From contig OZ218959.1 in assembly GCA_965112735.1 (NCBI GenBank), positions 3,162,001 to 3,226,000 of the forward strand: DNA of 64,000 bases, written 5' to 3'. A model generated the notes under the pieces. It was not told the DNA's origin. It did not search any database and saw only the letters and a list, made by a program, of their open reading frames with translations. The stretch comes from Phaeosaccion multiseriatum (Eukaryota; Protista; Ochrophyta, other classes). Below, in pieces: positions 48,248-60,735 of this stretch; the stretch's first letter is position 1; every line of letters begins with the position of its first letter. The position numbers and the translations under genes are program-made.

Positions 48248-51200
48248 GATCCAATGCCATCCCCCCGCCCCGGCCCCCGCCCCCGCTGCCTACCTGCCTG
48301 CCCGACTGACCTCTTTCTATCGTCTCGCAGGAGCGCAAGAACAAGGTGTCGCAACACATACAGATGGCGAAGCAGTGTATGGCCAAGGTGAGCACTTAGT
48401 ACACATGGCGAAGCGAAGAGGGGGGACGGCGATGTGCCTCCTCTTTGTTCCCCCCTTCGTTCATGCCCAACCCCACCTCTACTCCGCCTCACAAGCCACA
48501 CCCTCTGTGTGTTCATCTCTCTCTCTCACTCTCTATCCCTCTCTCTTCCCTCCTTCTTTCTCTTCCCCTCTTTTCTCTCACTCTCTATCTCTCTCTTCCC
48601 TCCTTCTTTCTATCTCTTCCTCTCTCTTCCCTCCTCTCTTGTACTCTCTCTCGTCTCTCCTCTCTTCTCTCTCTTCTCTCCTCTCTTCCTCTCTCGTCTC
48701 CCCTCTCTGTACGGTATACTTCCATCTGTCCACCCTCCCCCTTAGGTGGGCACTGCGGGCCTCATGGGCGTGGCTGCGCTGGAGCAGACAATGGCACTCG
48801 GGCAGGACGAGTCAGGCAAGGTGAGGTACAGCAGTTGGTAATACGGCAGCAGCAGAGGGGCACACACGTTGATGATACAGCAGCACAGGCATTGCAGTTG
48901 GTGATACAGCAGCCGCCAGCAGCAGTAGGAGGGGATCGCGGACGTCCAGAACTGACCCATCCACCTCCTTCTCGTCGTCGTCGTCCTCCTCCTCCTTCTC
49001 CTTCTCCTTCTCCTCCTCCCCCGTCCCCTCCTCCTCCTCCTCCTTCTCCTCCTCCCCCTCCTCCTCCCCCCCCTCCTCCTCCTCCTCCTCCTCCTCCTCC
49101 TCCTCCTCCTCCTCCTCCTCCTCCTCCTCCTGCTCCTCCTCTTCCTCCTCTTCCTCCTCCTCCTCCTCCTCCTCCTGCTCCTCCTCCTCCTCCTCCTCCT
49201 CCTCCTCCTCCCCCTCCTCCTCCTCCTCCTCCTCCTTCTCCTTCTCCTCCTCCCCCTCCTCCTCCTCCCTCCACACCACCCCCCCTCTCCGCCTCCTCCC
49301 CCTCTCCATTGCTGACTGATTCTCTCCGCCTCCCCCCAGAGCCGCTCTCGGAAGGAGCTAGTGGGGGGCTACTCCCTCGGGGGTGAGGAGACACAACCGG
49401 GGCTCAGGGAGATCCTCATGAGCTCCAAGACACCTCGGGTAAGGACGCTGTATCACCAACTGCTGTATCGCCAATTGACCCTCCGCGGTATCACAAATGG
49501 CTGATTTACCAACCGCTGTTGATGCGTGATGGGATGGAGAGGAGGGCCGGCCGGGGGGGATGCGGGGGTGGGGTAGGAGGGCGCTTGACCCCACAGAGTA
49601 TTGGGTGTGTGACCGTTGTAACCGTTGTAACCGTACGGGGGCACCGCAGTCTCAGTCACAGTCACCGGCGGAGGTGGCTGGCTCAGAGAAGTTGTTGTCA
49701 GCCTGTGAGACAGTACAGGCGTGGTCAGCCTGTGAGGGTGTGGAGTCGTCGTCAGCCTGTGAGGCTGTGGAGTCGTCGTCAGCCTGTGAGGCTGTGGAGT
49801 CGTCGCGTTGCCTGTCACCTGTGTCCGTCTGAGCCCCCCCCCCCCCCCCCCCTACCACCACCTACGCCCCTCCTCCTCGTCTTCCTCGTCCTCCTCGTCC
49901 TCTTCCTCGTCCTCGTCCTCGTCCCCCACCTCGTCCTCCTCCTCGTCTTCCTCCTCCTCCTCGTCGTCCTCCTCCTCCTCCTCCTCCTCCTCCTCCTCCT
50001 CCTCCTCCTCCTCCTCCTCCTCCTCCTCCTCCTCCTCCTCCTCATCCTCATCCTCATCCTCCTCCTCATCCTCCTCCTCGTCCTCCTCCTCCTCCTCCTC
50101 CTCCTCCTCCTCCTCCTCCTCCTCCTCCTCCTCCTCCTCCTCCTCCTCCTCCTCCTCCTCCTGGTCCTCCTCCTCCTCCTCCCCTTCACCCTCCCTCGCG
50201 TGTGGCTCCTTTCCTTTCCCCAGGAAACCAAGCTTCGGCTCCTTTGCCTCTTCGTCATCACTCAGCGAGGTATGTGCAGCCAATATGCATACCTAATATT
50301 ATGTATACTCGCTCCTCTTTAAAAGAAGAAGAGAGGGAAGAGTGGTAGAGCCAATGCTGTCCTTTATGGAATCGAAACCCACTACCGTTGCTTGACTACC
50401 CCTTCGTCACTTTCCAAGGCTTTTGCCCCATAAGCCCACCCAACCACCACACCCAATTCACGCGTGTTGCGTGCCTCCCCCTTGTGTGTGCCGTTGGTCC
50501 CTCTCCCTCCCCACTCCCCCCTTCCCTCCCTCCCTCCCTCCCTCCCTCCCTCCCTCCCTCCCTCCCTCCCTTCCCCCCTCCCCCCCTCCCTCCCTCCCTT
50601 CCTCCTTCCCTCCCTCCCTCCCTCCCTCCCCCCCTTCCCTCCCTCTTTCCCTCCCTCTCTCCCTCTCTCCTCCTCCCTCCCCTCCCTCCCCTCCCTCCCA
50701 CCCTCCTCCCATGCCCAGGCATCACTGCGGCAGAAAGGAGCGATTTGGTGGAGGCGTCACAACTGTCACCGAACGATCTCAAGGCCCTCAACAACCTCTC
50801 CGCCTTCTCTGTCAACACTGGAGAACCAACCGGCAAGGGAGGCGCAGGAAACGGCTCCTCACCGGGCGGCGGAGGAGGAGGAGGGGCGGCAGGCATGCTC
50901 AGCAGGCTGGGCTTCGGAGGAGGAGGAGGCAGCAAGCCCGTAGAGGAAGAGCATGAGTTCTCACACATGCGCTATGATGCCCCTCTCAAGGAGGTGCTCA
51001 GTAAGCTCCTCGCAGACCGACTCGAGATAGACGCTTACCCGTCTATCCTCCCCTTACCCGCTAGGGGGGCCGTCAGCTCCAGCTCCGCGAGTGTTCGTGC
51101 CAGGGGAGGGGGGAGGGACGGCGCCGACGCCGCAGGGGCGAGGACGATTATCTGCGTGCTGGGAGGTACGTGCGTGCGTGCGTGCGTGCGTGTGTGCGCG

Positions 51201-51564
51201 TGTGTGTGGGTGTGTGCATGCGTGTGTGCGTGTGTGCGTGCGTGTGTGGGTGTGTGCGTGCGTGTGTGCGTGTGTGTGTGCGTGCGTGCGATGTCCAGTG
51301 TTTCGGTAGCCCCAACGCCCGTTGCTCTCCCTTACTGCTGCCCGTTCCTCCCTCCCCTCCCTCTCTCTCTCCCTCCCTCCCTCTCCCGTCGTTCCTCCCC
51401 CTTCCTGCTGCACAGGGCTGAGCTTCGTGGAGAAGAGAGCGGTGTACGAGCTCTCTTTAAAGACGGGAAGAGACATTGTGGTCGGGGGCTCCTCCCTCAT
51501 GGGGCCTCAAGCCTACCTTTACAACTTGCAGCGGATGGCAGACGATGACATTATTCACTCGTGA
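43586..51564 (+). CDS. SEC1: Sec1/Munc18 (syntaxin-binding, SM family) protein
   Basis: Exons give [44 protein letters not shown]; [17 protein letters not shown]; [16 protein letters not shown]; [22 protein letters not shown]; [15 protein letters not shown]; [13 protein letters not shown]; KLRLLCLF; [31 protein letters not shown]. Confidence 0.95.
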
Positions 51565-52053
51565 GGGGAGAGGAGGAGGGAGGGAGGGAGGGAGGGAGTG
51601 GGAGGGAGGAAGGGAGGGAGGGAGGGGTGGTAAGAGGGGAGGGAGGGGAGGAGGGAGGGAGGGAGGGAGGGAGGGAGGGAGGGGAGGAAAGGAGGGAGGG
51701 AGGGAGGGAGGGAGGGAGGGGAGGAAAGGAGGGAGGGAGGGAGGGAGGGAGGGAGGGAAGGAGGGCTCCTCCCCCATGGGCACTCAGGCCTACCTTTTGC
51801 CATCTGCAACAACGTATGACGGACTCGGATATTGTGCCCTCGCGAGGGAGGGAGGGAGGGAGGAAGCTTGGGATGATTTGCTTCGTACCGCTTTATAGAA
51901 AATATGGGTTTTGTCGCTTTCCTCCTTGAATCCTTGCACGGCTCTTTAAAGAGTAAAATCAAAGTCAGTCCGCAAGTTCGCTCTACGAGTACATACACAA
52001 CAACAACAACAACAACAAAAGTACGTGCACAAGTTGGGTCGTTCATGTAAAGT

Positions 52054-55000
52054 TTAGAAAGACGCGGGCACCACGGAACCCCAAGACGCGTCCGCGCCTC
52101 CAGAGAAGAAGGAGCCTGCCTCACCACCACCCCCTTCGAGGATGGCGACTTCCCCATAGCCCCCCTCACAGTTGGCGAGCGTCGGGGTCAGCGAAGGCGG
52201 TGCCAGTGAAGAAGGGGGCGTCCTCCTTCCCCTCCTCACCACCCTAACCCTCTTCCTCATCGCCTGCTTCTTTCCGAAACCAGTGCCAGTGTGAGTGCCA
52301 GTGCGATGTCCCTTGAGGTGCCAGGGCGAAGGTTGGGATGATGTCGAGAGGGAGGAGCGTCTTGGCGTGGGGCGATTGCGCAGGCGGCCGTCTCGGGACC
52401 ACGAGGGAAGGGTCGGCGGTGTTGGATTGCGAGGGGCCTGCTGCTGAATCACCAACTGCTGCCGCTCCTGCCGCTCCTCCCCCTGCTGTTGCTGCTGCTG
52501 GCCAGCACGAGTGTATGTGTATGTACCAGCAGTCGCAGCGTCATCGTCATCCTCATTGCCGCCCCCCTCTCCGTCGTCCACTTCAGGACCGCCGCCCGCA
52601 GGGTCCGAGACGACCCGAGGGGCGCATGGGACGCAGTGCTCTCCACCATGCAGCGCGATCCCCACCCCGGGGGCCCCGACCTCCACCCCAGGGATATCCA
52701 CCCCAGGGTTGTCCACCCCCACCCCTGGGGGCAGCACCATGGTGGCGTCAGGATGAGGTACACAGCGAGGAAGCGCGCTCCTGAGACGCGAGATGGTCTT
52801 GCGAGTCAAGCGGAGGCCTCCTGAGGCTCTTCGGTGGGATGCGCAGGGGGAGGGGCGCTGGTGGTGTTGCTGTTGTATCATCAAGCGCTGCTGATGCTGT
52901 GCCTTTAAGTGCTGCTGATAATGTCTCACCAACTGCTGCCGCTGCTGTATCACCAACTGCTGCTGATACTGCTGCTTCTGCATGCGCCTCGTCTGGGGCG
53001 GGAGAGTAAGCGATACAGGAATAGTTCCACTCACACTCAGTCGCGATGAGAGGGACACGGCCTCCTCCTTCTCCTTCTCCTCCTCCTCCTCCTCCTCCTC
53101 CTCCTCCTCCTCCCCCTCCTCCTCCTCCTCCTCCTCCTCCTCCTCCTCCTCCTCCTCCTCCTCCTCCTCCTCCTCCTCCTCCTCCTCCTCCTCCTCCTCC
53201 TCCTCCTCCTCCTCCTCCTCCTCCTCCTCCTCCTCCTCCTCCTCCTCCTCCTCCTCCTCCTCCTCCTCCTCCTGCTCCTCCTGCCCCCCCCCCTCCCCCT
53301 CCTCCTCCGCGCGAGCAGCCCTCCTCCTACTCTGTGCCGGCGCCGAGCCAACCACCCGAGCACGGGACCACTTCCTCCCACTCCTTCTTCTCCGACTTTG
53401 GCTCCGACTGTAGCGGCCCACGCAATACGTGAAACCCCCCGGGATCTGGGTGTTCATGGTGGTGAAGGGGCGTCGACTCCGCCACTGTCGTCGCACTCCT
53501 ACCTCTGCGCTCGTCGCTGGAAAGGCCGCAAACTGAAGGGAAAGCGCCGCACTGCTCTCCTCCACAGGGGCGGCTGCTGAGACTGAGTTACGCCCTTCCC
53601 CTCCTCCTCCTCCTCCTCCTCCTCCTCCTCCTCCGCCTCCTCCTCCTCCTCCTCCTCCTCCTGTTCCTCCTCCTCCTCCTGTTCCTCCTCCTCCTCCTCC
53701 TCCTTCTCCTCCTTCTCCTCCTCCTCCTCCTCCTCCTCCTCCTCCTCCTCCTTCTCCTCCTCCTCCTTGTCCTCCTCCTCCTCCTCCTCCTCCTTCTGCG
53801 AGGGTGAGCAGAGCTCTCTCTGTGCCCAGAGCGATGGCATTCCCCGCCACATGCCAGGCAACAACCGCGCTCACGCGTGCCGCTGTATCACCACCTGTCG
53901 CTGTATTCCCAACGGTCGCTGTGTCTGCCTCTGCGTCTGCCGCCACGGATCGCTTCGTGTCAGCAGAAGCAGTTGGTGATACAGCAGCAGACCCGCATGT
54001 CTGCTCCGTGTCCTTCCTCTCTTCGTACGGCTCATGCGTTTGCTCTGGTGCCTCCGACGACGTTGGCTCGCCTCCCCACCGCTGCTGCTGCTGCTGTTGT
54101 TGTATCACCAACTGCTGCTGCTGCTGCTGCTGCTGCTGCGGCTGCTGGCCTCTCCGCTGAGCCGACAAGTGTCGCCCAAGCCGCACCTGTTGCCCGGAGG
54201 ACCAACGAGTGGGGCAGGAGGCCTGGTCCTTTTGGTGTTGGCGCTTGCGCTCCTCCTCCTCCAGCCTCCGATTGAGCAGTCCCTCTCGCTGCGCCTTCCT
54301 CGTCGCGTTCAGCACTCGGAGTCTCTCATAGCCGCCCACCTTTCTCGCTCGGCGTCTCAGTGCTCTTCCCTCCGCCTCTCGCTCCTCCTTCTCCTCCTGA
54401 AACTTTTCTCTGTGAAGCTCTTGCTTGGCCTCCCTCGCTCGCTGCTTCTCGAGCAACCTTTGCTGAGTCTTCTTGTTGAGCTTTCCCCACTCCTCCCGCT
54501 CCCCTCTCGTCTCCTCCCTGCCTCCGCTGTCCGCGGTCAGGTGATCATAGTCTTCGAACAAGGCTTCAAAGTGACTGCACAGAGTTAGGGCGGGCTGCTC
54601 GCTATCGCTGATCCTCGAAGACAATTCCCTTCGTCTGGTGGGAGGGGAGGGAGGAGGCCGGGGAGACAGGCAGGGTGGGCAGCGTGGGTAGGGTGGGGTA
54701 GGTGGCACACGAATGGACAACACGGACGGAATGAAGGACCGTTTGACTGACTGAAGCACCTTGATACATCGCCGTCCAGCGCATCAATTGCCATCCCTCC
54801 CCTGCTCCTCCTCCACACACACAGTGAGCTTTACCTGAAGGCGTTGATGAATTGGAAGATTGCCTCCGATATGGTGGCCGAGGCCATCTCCTCCTGCAAG
54901 TCCAATGATCGGGTGTGGGTCGACACGATGTGGGCAAACTCCTCGAAGTTGATGACTGCCCGCCCGCCTGTGAGCTGTGAAAAACAGGAGCGGATCTCCT

Positions 55001-55446
55001 GAGTCATGAGGTCAAGCGCGTCCCGTCTCTTCTTGGTCTCCTGAGCATTACTATTATGTGATTGCTGATCTGCGTCTTCCCTGTGGTCGTGCTTCCTTCT
55101 ATGTACATGGTGGCACAGTCCGAATGAAGCCATTGCCTCCATGAGCTCCTCCACAGCGACGGTACCTCCCTGATAGTGAAGAGAGAAACGCCACCAGCTT
55201 AGATCACCAGTCTCCTTCCAAGAAGGAGACACACTTCTTACTCTTTACCTTGTCCGTATCCAGCTCATCAAACATCTCTTGGAGGAAAGATGTACGGGGG
55301 CATCCACCTTCTGCTGTGGGAGGTGGTGGTCTTTTGCCGCCTTTCGCTCTGGAAGGGCATCGAGTGCGAAGCCATTTCTGGGTCTGAAAGCTCTCAACGA
55401 TGCCGACACGGGGTCTCTGCCCCCCCCGCCCCCATGTCGCAGTCAT
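52054..55446 (-). CDS. EF-hand protein with long low-complexity, coiled-coil C-terminus
   Basis: Exons ~55446-55249, 55169-54835 and ~54631-52054. Splicing builds the EF loop EMFDEL-DTDK/GGTVAVEE-L and a second degenerate hand (INFEEFAHIV). The last exon is a long open frame with poly-Q/G/E tracts. Confidence 0.65.
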
Positions 55447-55674
55447 TGCCAAGTAAGGATGTCACATGAGAGGGAAGAGAAGGAGCGAAGAGGAAAAAAT
55501 TGCAGCAAGAAACAAGACACACAAAAAAAATTGCGCGTAACGAGAAAAATCACCAACACGTGTATCTGTCACAGTTGGCTTAGCAGTTGGGGGGGGGGAG
55601 GGAAAAAAAGCAGGCAGACGGAGAGAGCCCTCCTGCATGCGTGCTCCAGCCTCAGCGCTTGCCCTGGGGCCGAA

Positions 55675-57180
55675 ATGTCTAATAACCAAACCCAGAGGTC
55701 CTTTGCAAGCACAGCATCCCTGAAGCACCTGCGCCCTTACGAGGGGCGGGAAGGGAGGGATGTGCTTGTCATAAGTGAAATCATAAAGAGAGCCGAGCGG
55801 GAGCAGCAGGTGCGCAACAAGCCAAGGCGTGGGAAGAAGGACAAGGATCCGTGGGCTCATCTTCGGGCTCCTGCTGCTGCCCCTCCCCCCCCCCGCCCCT
55901 CAGACCTACTCGTCCACAGAGCCCCTCTCTCTGGACGATGCCCTCATGGCAGCCTCCACAGAGCTCCATGCTCAGGGCCTCACCAGAGACGAAGGCCTCC
56001 GTTACTACGGCCTCCTGCGCAGATTGGACAGCTCCATGCCTCTTGTGGACTGGTGGGCACGAATAGGTGAGAGCGCAGCGTGGGCATATCTATCCATTGC
56101 TGTAGGCAGTAAGGATGTTCATCTCAACAGTCCCTCGTTGCCTTCTTGTGTCCGTCCACCTCGACAAGCGTTGCTGGACGAGAGAAACTCCCATGCCCAA
56201 GACTGCAGAGGACAGTGGTCTCCGGGAGGCCGGGGAAGCAATGGAGCCAGTCCTTGCGATGGAAGGACCGTGCAGTTCACCCCCAGCTCTTCCCTTGGGC
56301 AAGGCCAGCACCAGCAGCAGCACCAGCAGCAGCACTCGAGTATATTCCTACCTACCACCCCAACCTCAGTTGTCCAGGGGCCCCGGAGGAGGAAGCAAGA
56401 GGAGGACAAGCAGGGGCAGGAGGAGAGTGAAGTATCGCCTGAAGCCGCCCTCTTGGCGCGAGAGCTGAACTTACGGGATGAGGAGAGAGGGGAGGGAGGA
56501 GGGGAAGGGTGGCGAGGAGGAGGCGCGGCAGGAGTCGGGGTGCCAGCAGCAGCGAGTCCGTATCACCAACACGTGTATTCTCCCTCTCGCTCTCCCTCTC
56601 CCTCTCCCTCTCCTTGGATGATGAACCTGAGACCCCCCTGGGGCATGGACTCACTCTCGCCCGTACAGCGGCAGCAGCAGCACCAGCAGCAGCACCAGCA
56701 GCGGCACCAGCGGGGCTCCCCAGGGGGCTCCCCCACACCTCGATCGCTGTTCTCGGCGGATGCCGGGGTTGTGGAGCACCAACACGGGGGGGGATCTGAT
56801 GCCATCTATGGTCACATATACTGGGAAGGAGGGGAGGGGGAGGAAGAGGAGGAGGTGCTGGCAAGGGGCCACTCAGAGGAGGGGAGGAGGCAGGTGGGGA
56901 TGCAGCAGTTGGTGATACAGCAGCAGCAGCAGCAGCAGGAGGACGAGGAAGTAGGGAGCGGTGACGACCTGTCGAAGACGGGTGGATCATCAGTAAGCGC
57001 CGGTAGCCTCGCGCGGTCCATCAATCCCGAGTCCTCCTGCGGGCCCTTGCCTTGGCCTTCGCGCTGGCCCTCTCTGGCCCTGCCCTCGCACCCGAGGGAA
57101 GTCAATGCATGTCGTGCCACAGGGGAGCAGGAGGAAGAGGAGGAGGAGCAGCAGCAGCAGCAAGAGGAGGAGGAGGAGGA

Positions 57181-57220
<40 letters not shown>

Positions 57221-60200
57221 GAGGAGGGGATGGAGTCGGCGCCCGCCCCTGCTGCGGCTGGGGTAGGAGCAGGGGCAGGGACAGCGGGGGGGAGCATGAG
57301 GAGACGGAGACTGAAGGATGGGCAGCAGCAGCAGCAGGAGGGAGAGCCTGCGTCCGGTCCCGCTGCGGATGGGGTTGCGGTGATTGCTTCTCCCCTGCTA
57401 CTGGTAGACGCTCCTCCTGCTCCTCCTCCTCCTCGTCCTCCTCCTCCTCCTCCTCCTCCTCCTGCTGCTGCTGCTGCTACTGCTCCTCCTCTCACCCTGT
57501 GTCCAAAGATTGATCCGCAAGACAGCAGGAAGCAGCTCCGAAGAGCCGTCATCGTCTTCTGGCACCACTGTACAGGCCGCCACTTGAGGGCTTGGCGACA
57601 GGTCAGTGTTCAGTGTTTGCTGGTGTTGGTGTGGGTGTGGGTGTGGGTGTGAGTGTGAGTGTAAAGTGTTAGTGCTACGACTGGATAGAGTGGGTATGTG
57701 TCATGCACCACGGCACAGCCCGCCTCTATAAAACCTTTCCGTTTCGTGTTTGTACTAGTGTTAAGTGTTTGTGTTTGTTCTAGTGTTTAGTGTTTGTGTT
57801 TGTGTTTGTGTTTGTATGTGCGTGTGTGTTGGTGTTTACCCCTGCGGTACGCTGGCACCGCGTGTCTCGTTCTTAACTCTCTCCCTCTCCCCCTCTCCCC
57901 CCCTCCCATCTCTCCCTCCTTCTACTCAAAGGTATCCCGAGAGCTCACCGAATACCGCTTCTTGCGTGTGTTCCGCCTCCTTAGAGACTTCATCCCGAGG
58001 CTTTCCACAGGGGCCACTCTCGGGTTGTGGAGCATCGTCAGAGACAATCGAGAGAGGCTTATGGAGCTGATGGTAGGCGGTAGGGGAGAAGGAGGAAGAG
58101 GAGGAAGAGGAGGAGGAGGAGGAGGAGGAGGAGGAGGAGGAGGAGGAGGAGGAGGAGGAGGAGAGGAGGAGGAGGAGGAGGAGAAGGAGGAGGAGGAGGA
58201 GGAGGAGGAGGAGGAGGAGGAGGAGGAGGAGGAGGAGGAGGAGGAGGAGGAGGAGGAGGAGGAGGAGGAGGAGGAGGAGGAGGGGAAGGAGGAGGAGGAG
58301 GAGGAGGAGGAGGAGGAGGAGGAGGAGGAGGAGGAGGTGCTCGTGTGCTGCTCCCAGCGTATGGAGATGGTATAGCCAGAGACATGGAGCAGGTGCAGGA
58401 GGAGGTGACGAGTGTGCTGCGGCACTCATGGTACTGGCAGATGCAGCTCGACACTCTGGTAGGAGAAGGAGGAGGAGGGGGAGGGGGAGGAGGAGGAGGA
58501 GGAGGAGGAGGAGGAGGAGGAGGAGGAGGAGGAGGAGGAGGAGGAGGAGGAGGAGGAGGAGGAGGAGGAGGAGGAGGAGGAGGAGGAGGAGGAGGAGGAG
58601 GAGGAGGAGGAGGAGGAGGAGGTGAGGAGCAGCGAGCGATGGTGGCGCTGAGACTATCCTTTTCCCTAACGGCGCTGAGCGAGGGAGTGCTGTTGAGGGG
58701 CCTGCTGAGCAGGGTCCTGCTGGGATGGGTGAGGGTGGCGAGCGGAAGGAAGAGGGCTAGGCTCCATGACGAGAGGGGGCAGAAGGGCAGGGCCATCGCA
58801 GGTGAGTTGAGTGGGCGATGGCCTGTATTGCTCTCCCCCCCCCCCTTCTCTCTCTCTCTCTCTCCCTGCCTCACCCTCCCTCTCTCTCCCTCCTCTCTCT
58901 CTCCCTCCCACCCCTCCCTCATCCCCCCCTCACCTCCCCCTCTCCTTCCCTTCCTCCCTCCCTCTCCCTCCCCCTCCTCCCCTCCCCTCCCCCCCCTCCC
59001 TCCCTCCCTCCATCCCCCCCCCCCCCTACTCTCTCCTCTTACTCTCAGCCTTTAAGCTCGCCCTACGCCGTCGAAGAGCCTCTGACAAAGCGCACACCAT
59101 CGCGTTTCGCGCTCTCAGGCGCTGCGCAGCGACCAAGTCCCGGAGGGCCCTCAGGTGTTGGGCTTATGCGAGCGGGATCGGCAGACGCGCACAGGAGGTC
59201 CGGTGGAGGAGGGAGAGGGGGACGTTGAGGAGGAGTCTCGAGCAGTGGAGGAAGGCCCGGGCAGAGCGAGGAGAGCGCAGGTGAGGGGGGGGGTATGGGG
59301 TATGGGGTATAGGGTATAGTGTTTGGGTTTCGGGTATGGGGTATGGGGTATAGGTATGGGGTATAGGGTATAGGGTATAGGGTATGGGGTATAGGGTATA
59401 GGGTATAGTGTTTGAGTTTCGGGTATGGGGTATGGGGTATAGGGTATGGGGTATGGAGTATGGAGTATAGGGTATAGGGGGGGGGGTTTGGGGTATGGGG
59501 TATGGGGTGTAGGGTATATGGTGTGGGGTATGCCTTGAGTCTTGGGTCCTGACGCTTGCTCTACTCGGTATGTCGCACCCCTCTACACGGTATTTCGCAC
59601 CTCTCTACATGGCATGTCGCACCCCTCTACAATGATCAACGATCAGGTTTGCTCTGGCCACTTGGCACCGCAGGAGGCGCCGCAGAGGCCTACGAGAGGC
59701 GCTGAAGCACTGGAGAGACCATTCGGCGCAACGGAAGGTACGATCAGTAGCACCCTCTGTCCCGACACGCATCCACCCTCTATCCTGACGCCCACCCACC
59801 CACGCACCCCGCACTGACACCCATCCACCCCCTGTCCTGACACCCATCCACCCTCTGTCCTGACACCCATCCACCCTCTGTCCTGACATCCACCCACCCT
59901 CTGTCCTGACACCCATCCACCCTCTGTCCTGACACCCATCCACACTCTGTCCTGACACCCATCCACCCTCTGTCCTGACACCCATCCACCCCCTGTCCTG
60001 ACACCCATCCACCCTCTGTCCTGACACCCTTCCACCCTCTGTCCTGACACCCATCCACCCCCTGTCCTGACACCCACCCACCCTCTGTCCTGACACCCAT
60101 CAACCCTCTGTCCTGACACCCATCAACCCTCTGTCCTAACACCCATCCACTGTCCTAACACCCACCCACCCTCTGTCCTGACACCTATCCACCCTCTGTC

Positions 60201-60701
60201 CTGATTCACCCACATGCACGCACATAAACACACAGGTCGCGCACAAGCTCACGCAGAGCCTCGGCCTCCAAGCGGATGCCCCGAGGAAGCACCGGGCTCT
60301 CACAGGCTGGCGACAGCGATCACAGATCACCACACGCTGTAGAGACCAGAGGAGGAAGGGCGTCACCATGTGGGAGAGAAAAAGGCGGGGGGAGGGATTG
60401 GCGGCGTTGGAGCGGACGAGGCAGTGGGGGAGGAAGTGGCGGACCGGGGTGAGGCGGCTGGCGGGGGCGAGGGAAGGGAGGGAGAGACGAAGGGCGATGC
60501 GCGGGTGGAGGGAGGCAGTGCACGCTTTGGACAGAGAGAGGAAGAGAAGAATCACCAGGTGAGGGGCTGGGGCAGGGGGGAGGTGGAGGGGGGAGGAGAG
60601 AGGGTGGGTGGGGGGGGCGGGGTAGAGCTGAAATTGAAACTGAGACTACAAAGGTGGTGCTCTGTCTCTGTGTGTGGATTTTGTGTGCTCTCCTCTTTCT
60701 G

Positions 60702-60735
<34 letters not shown>

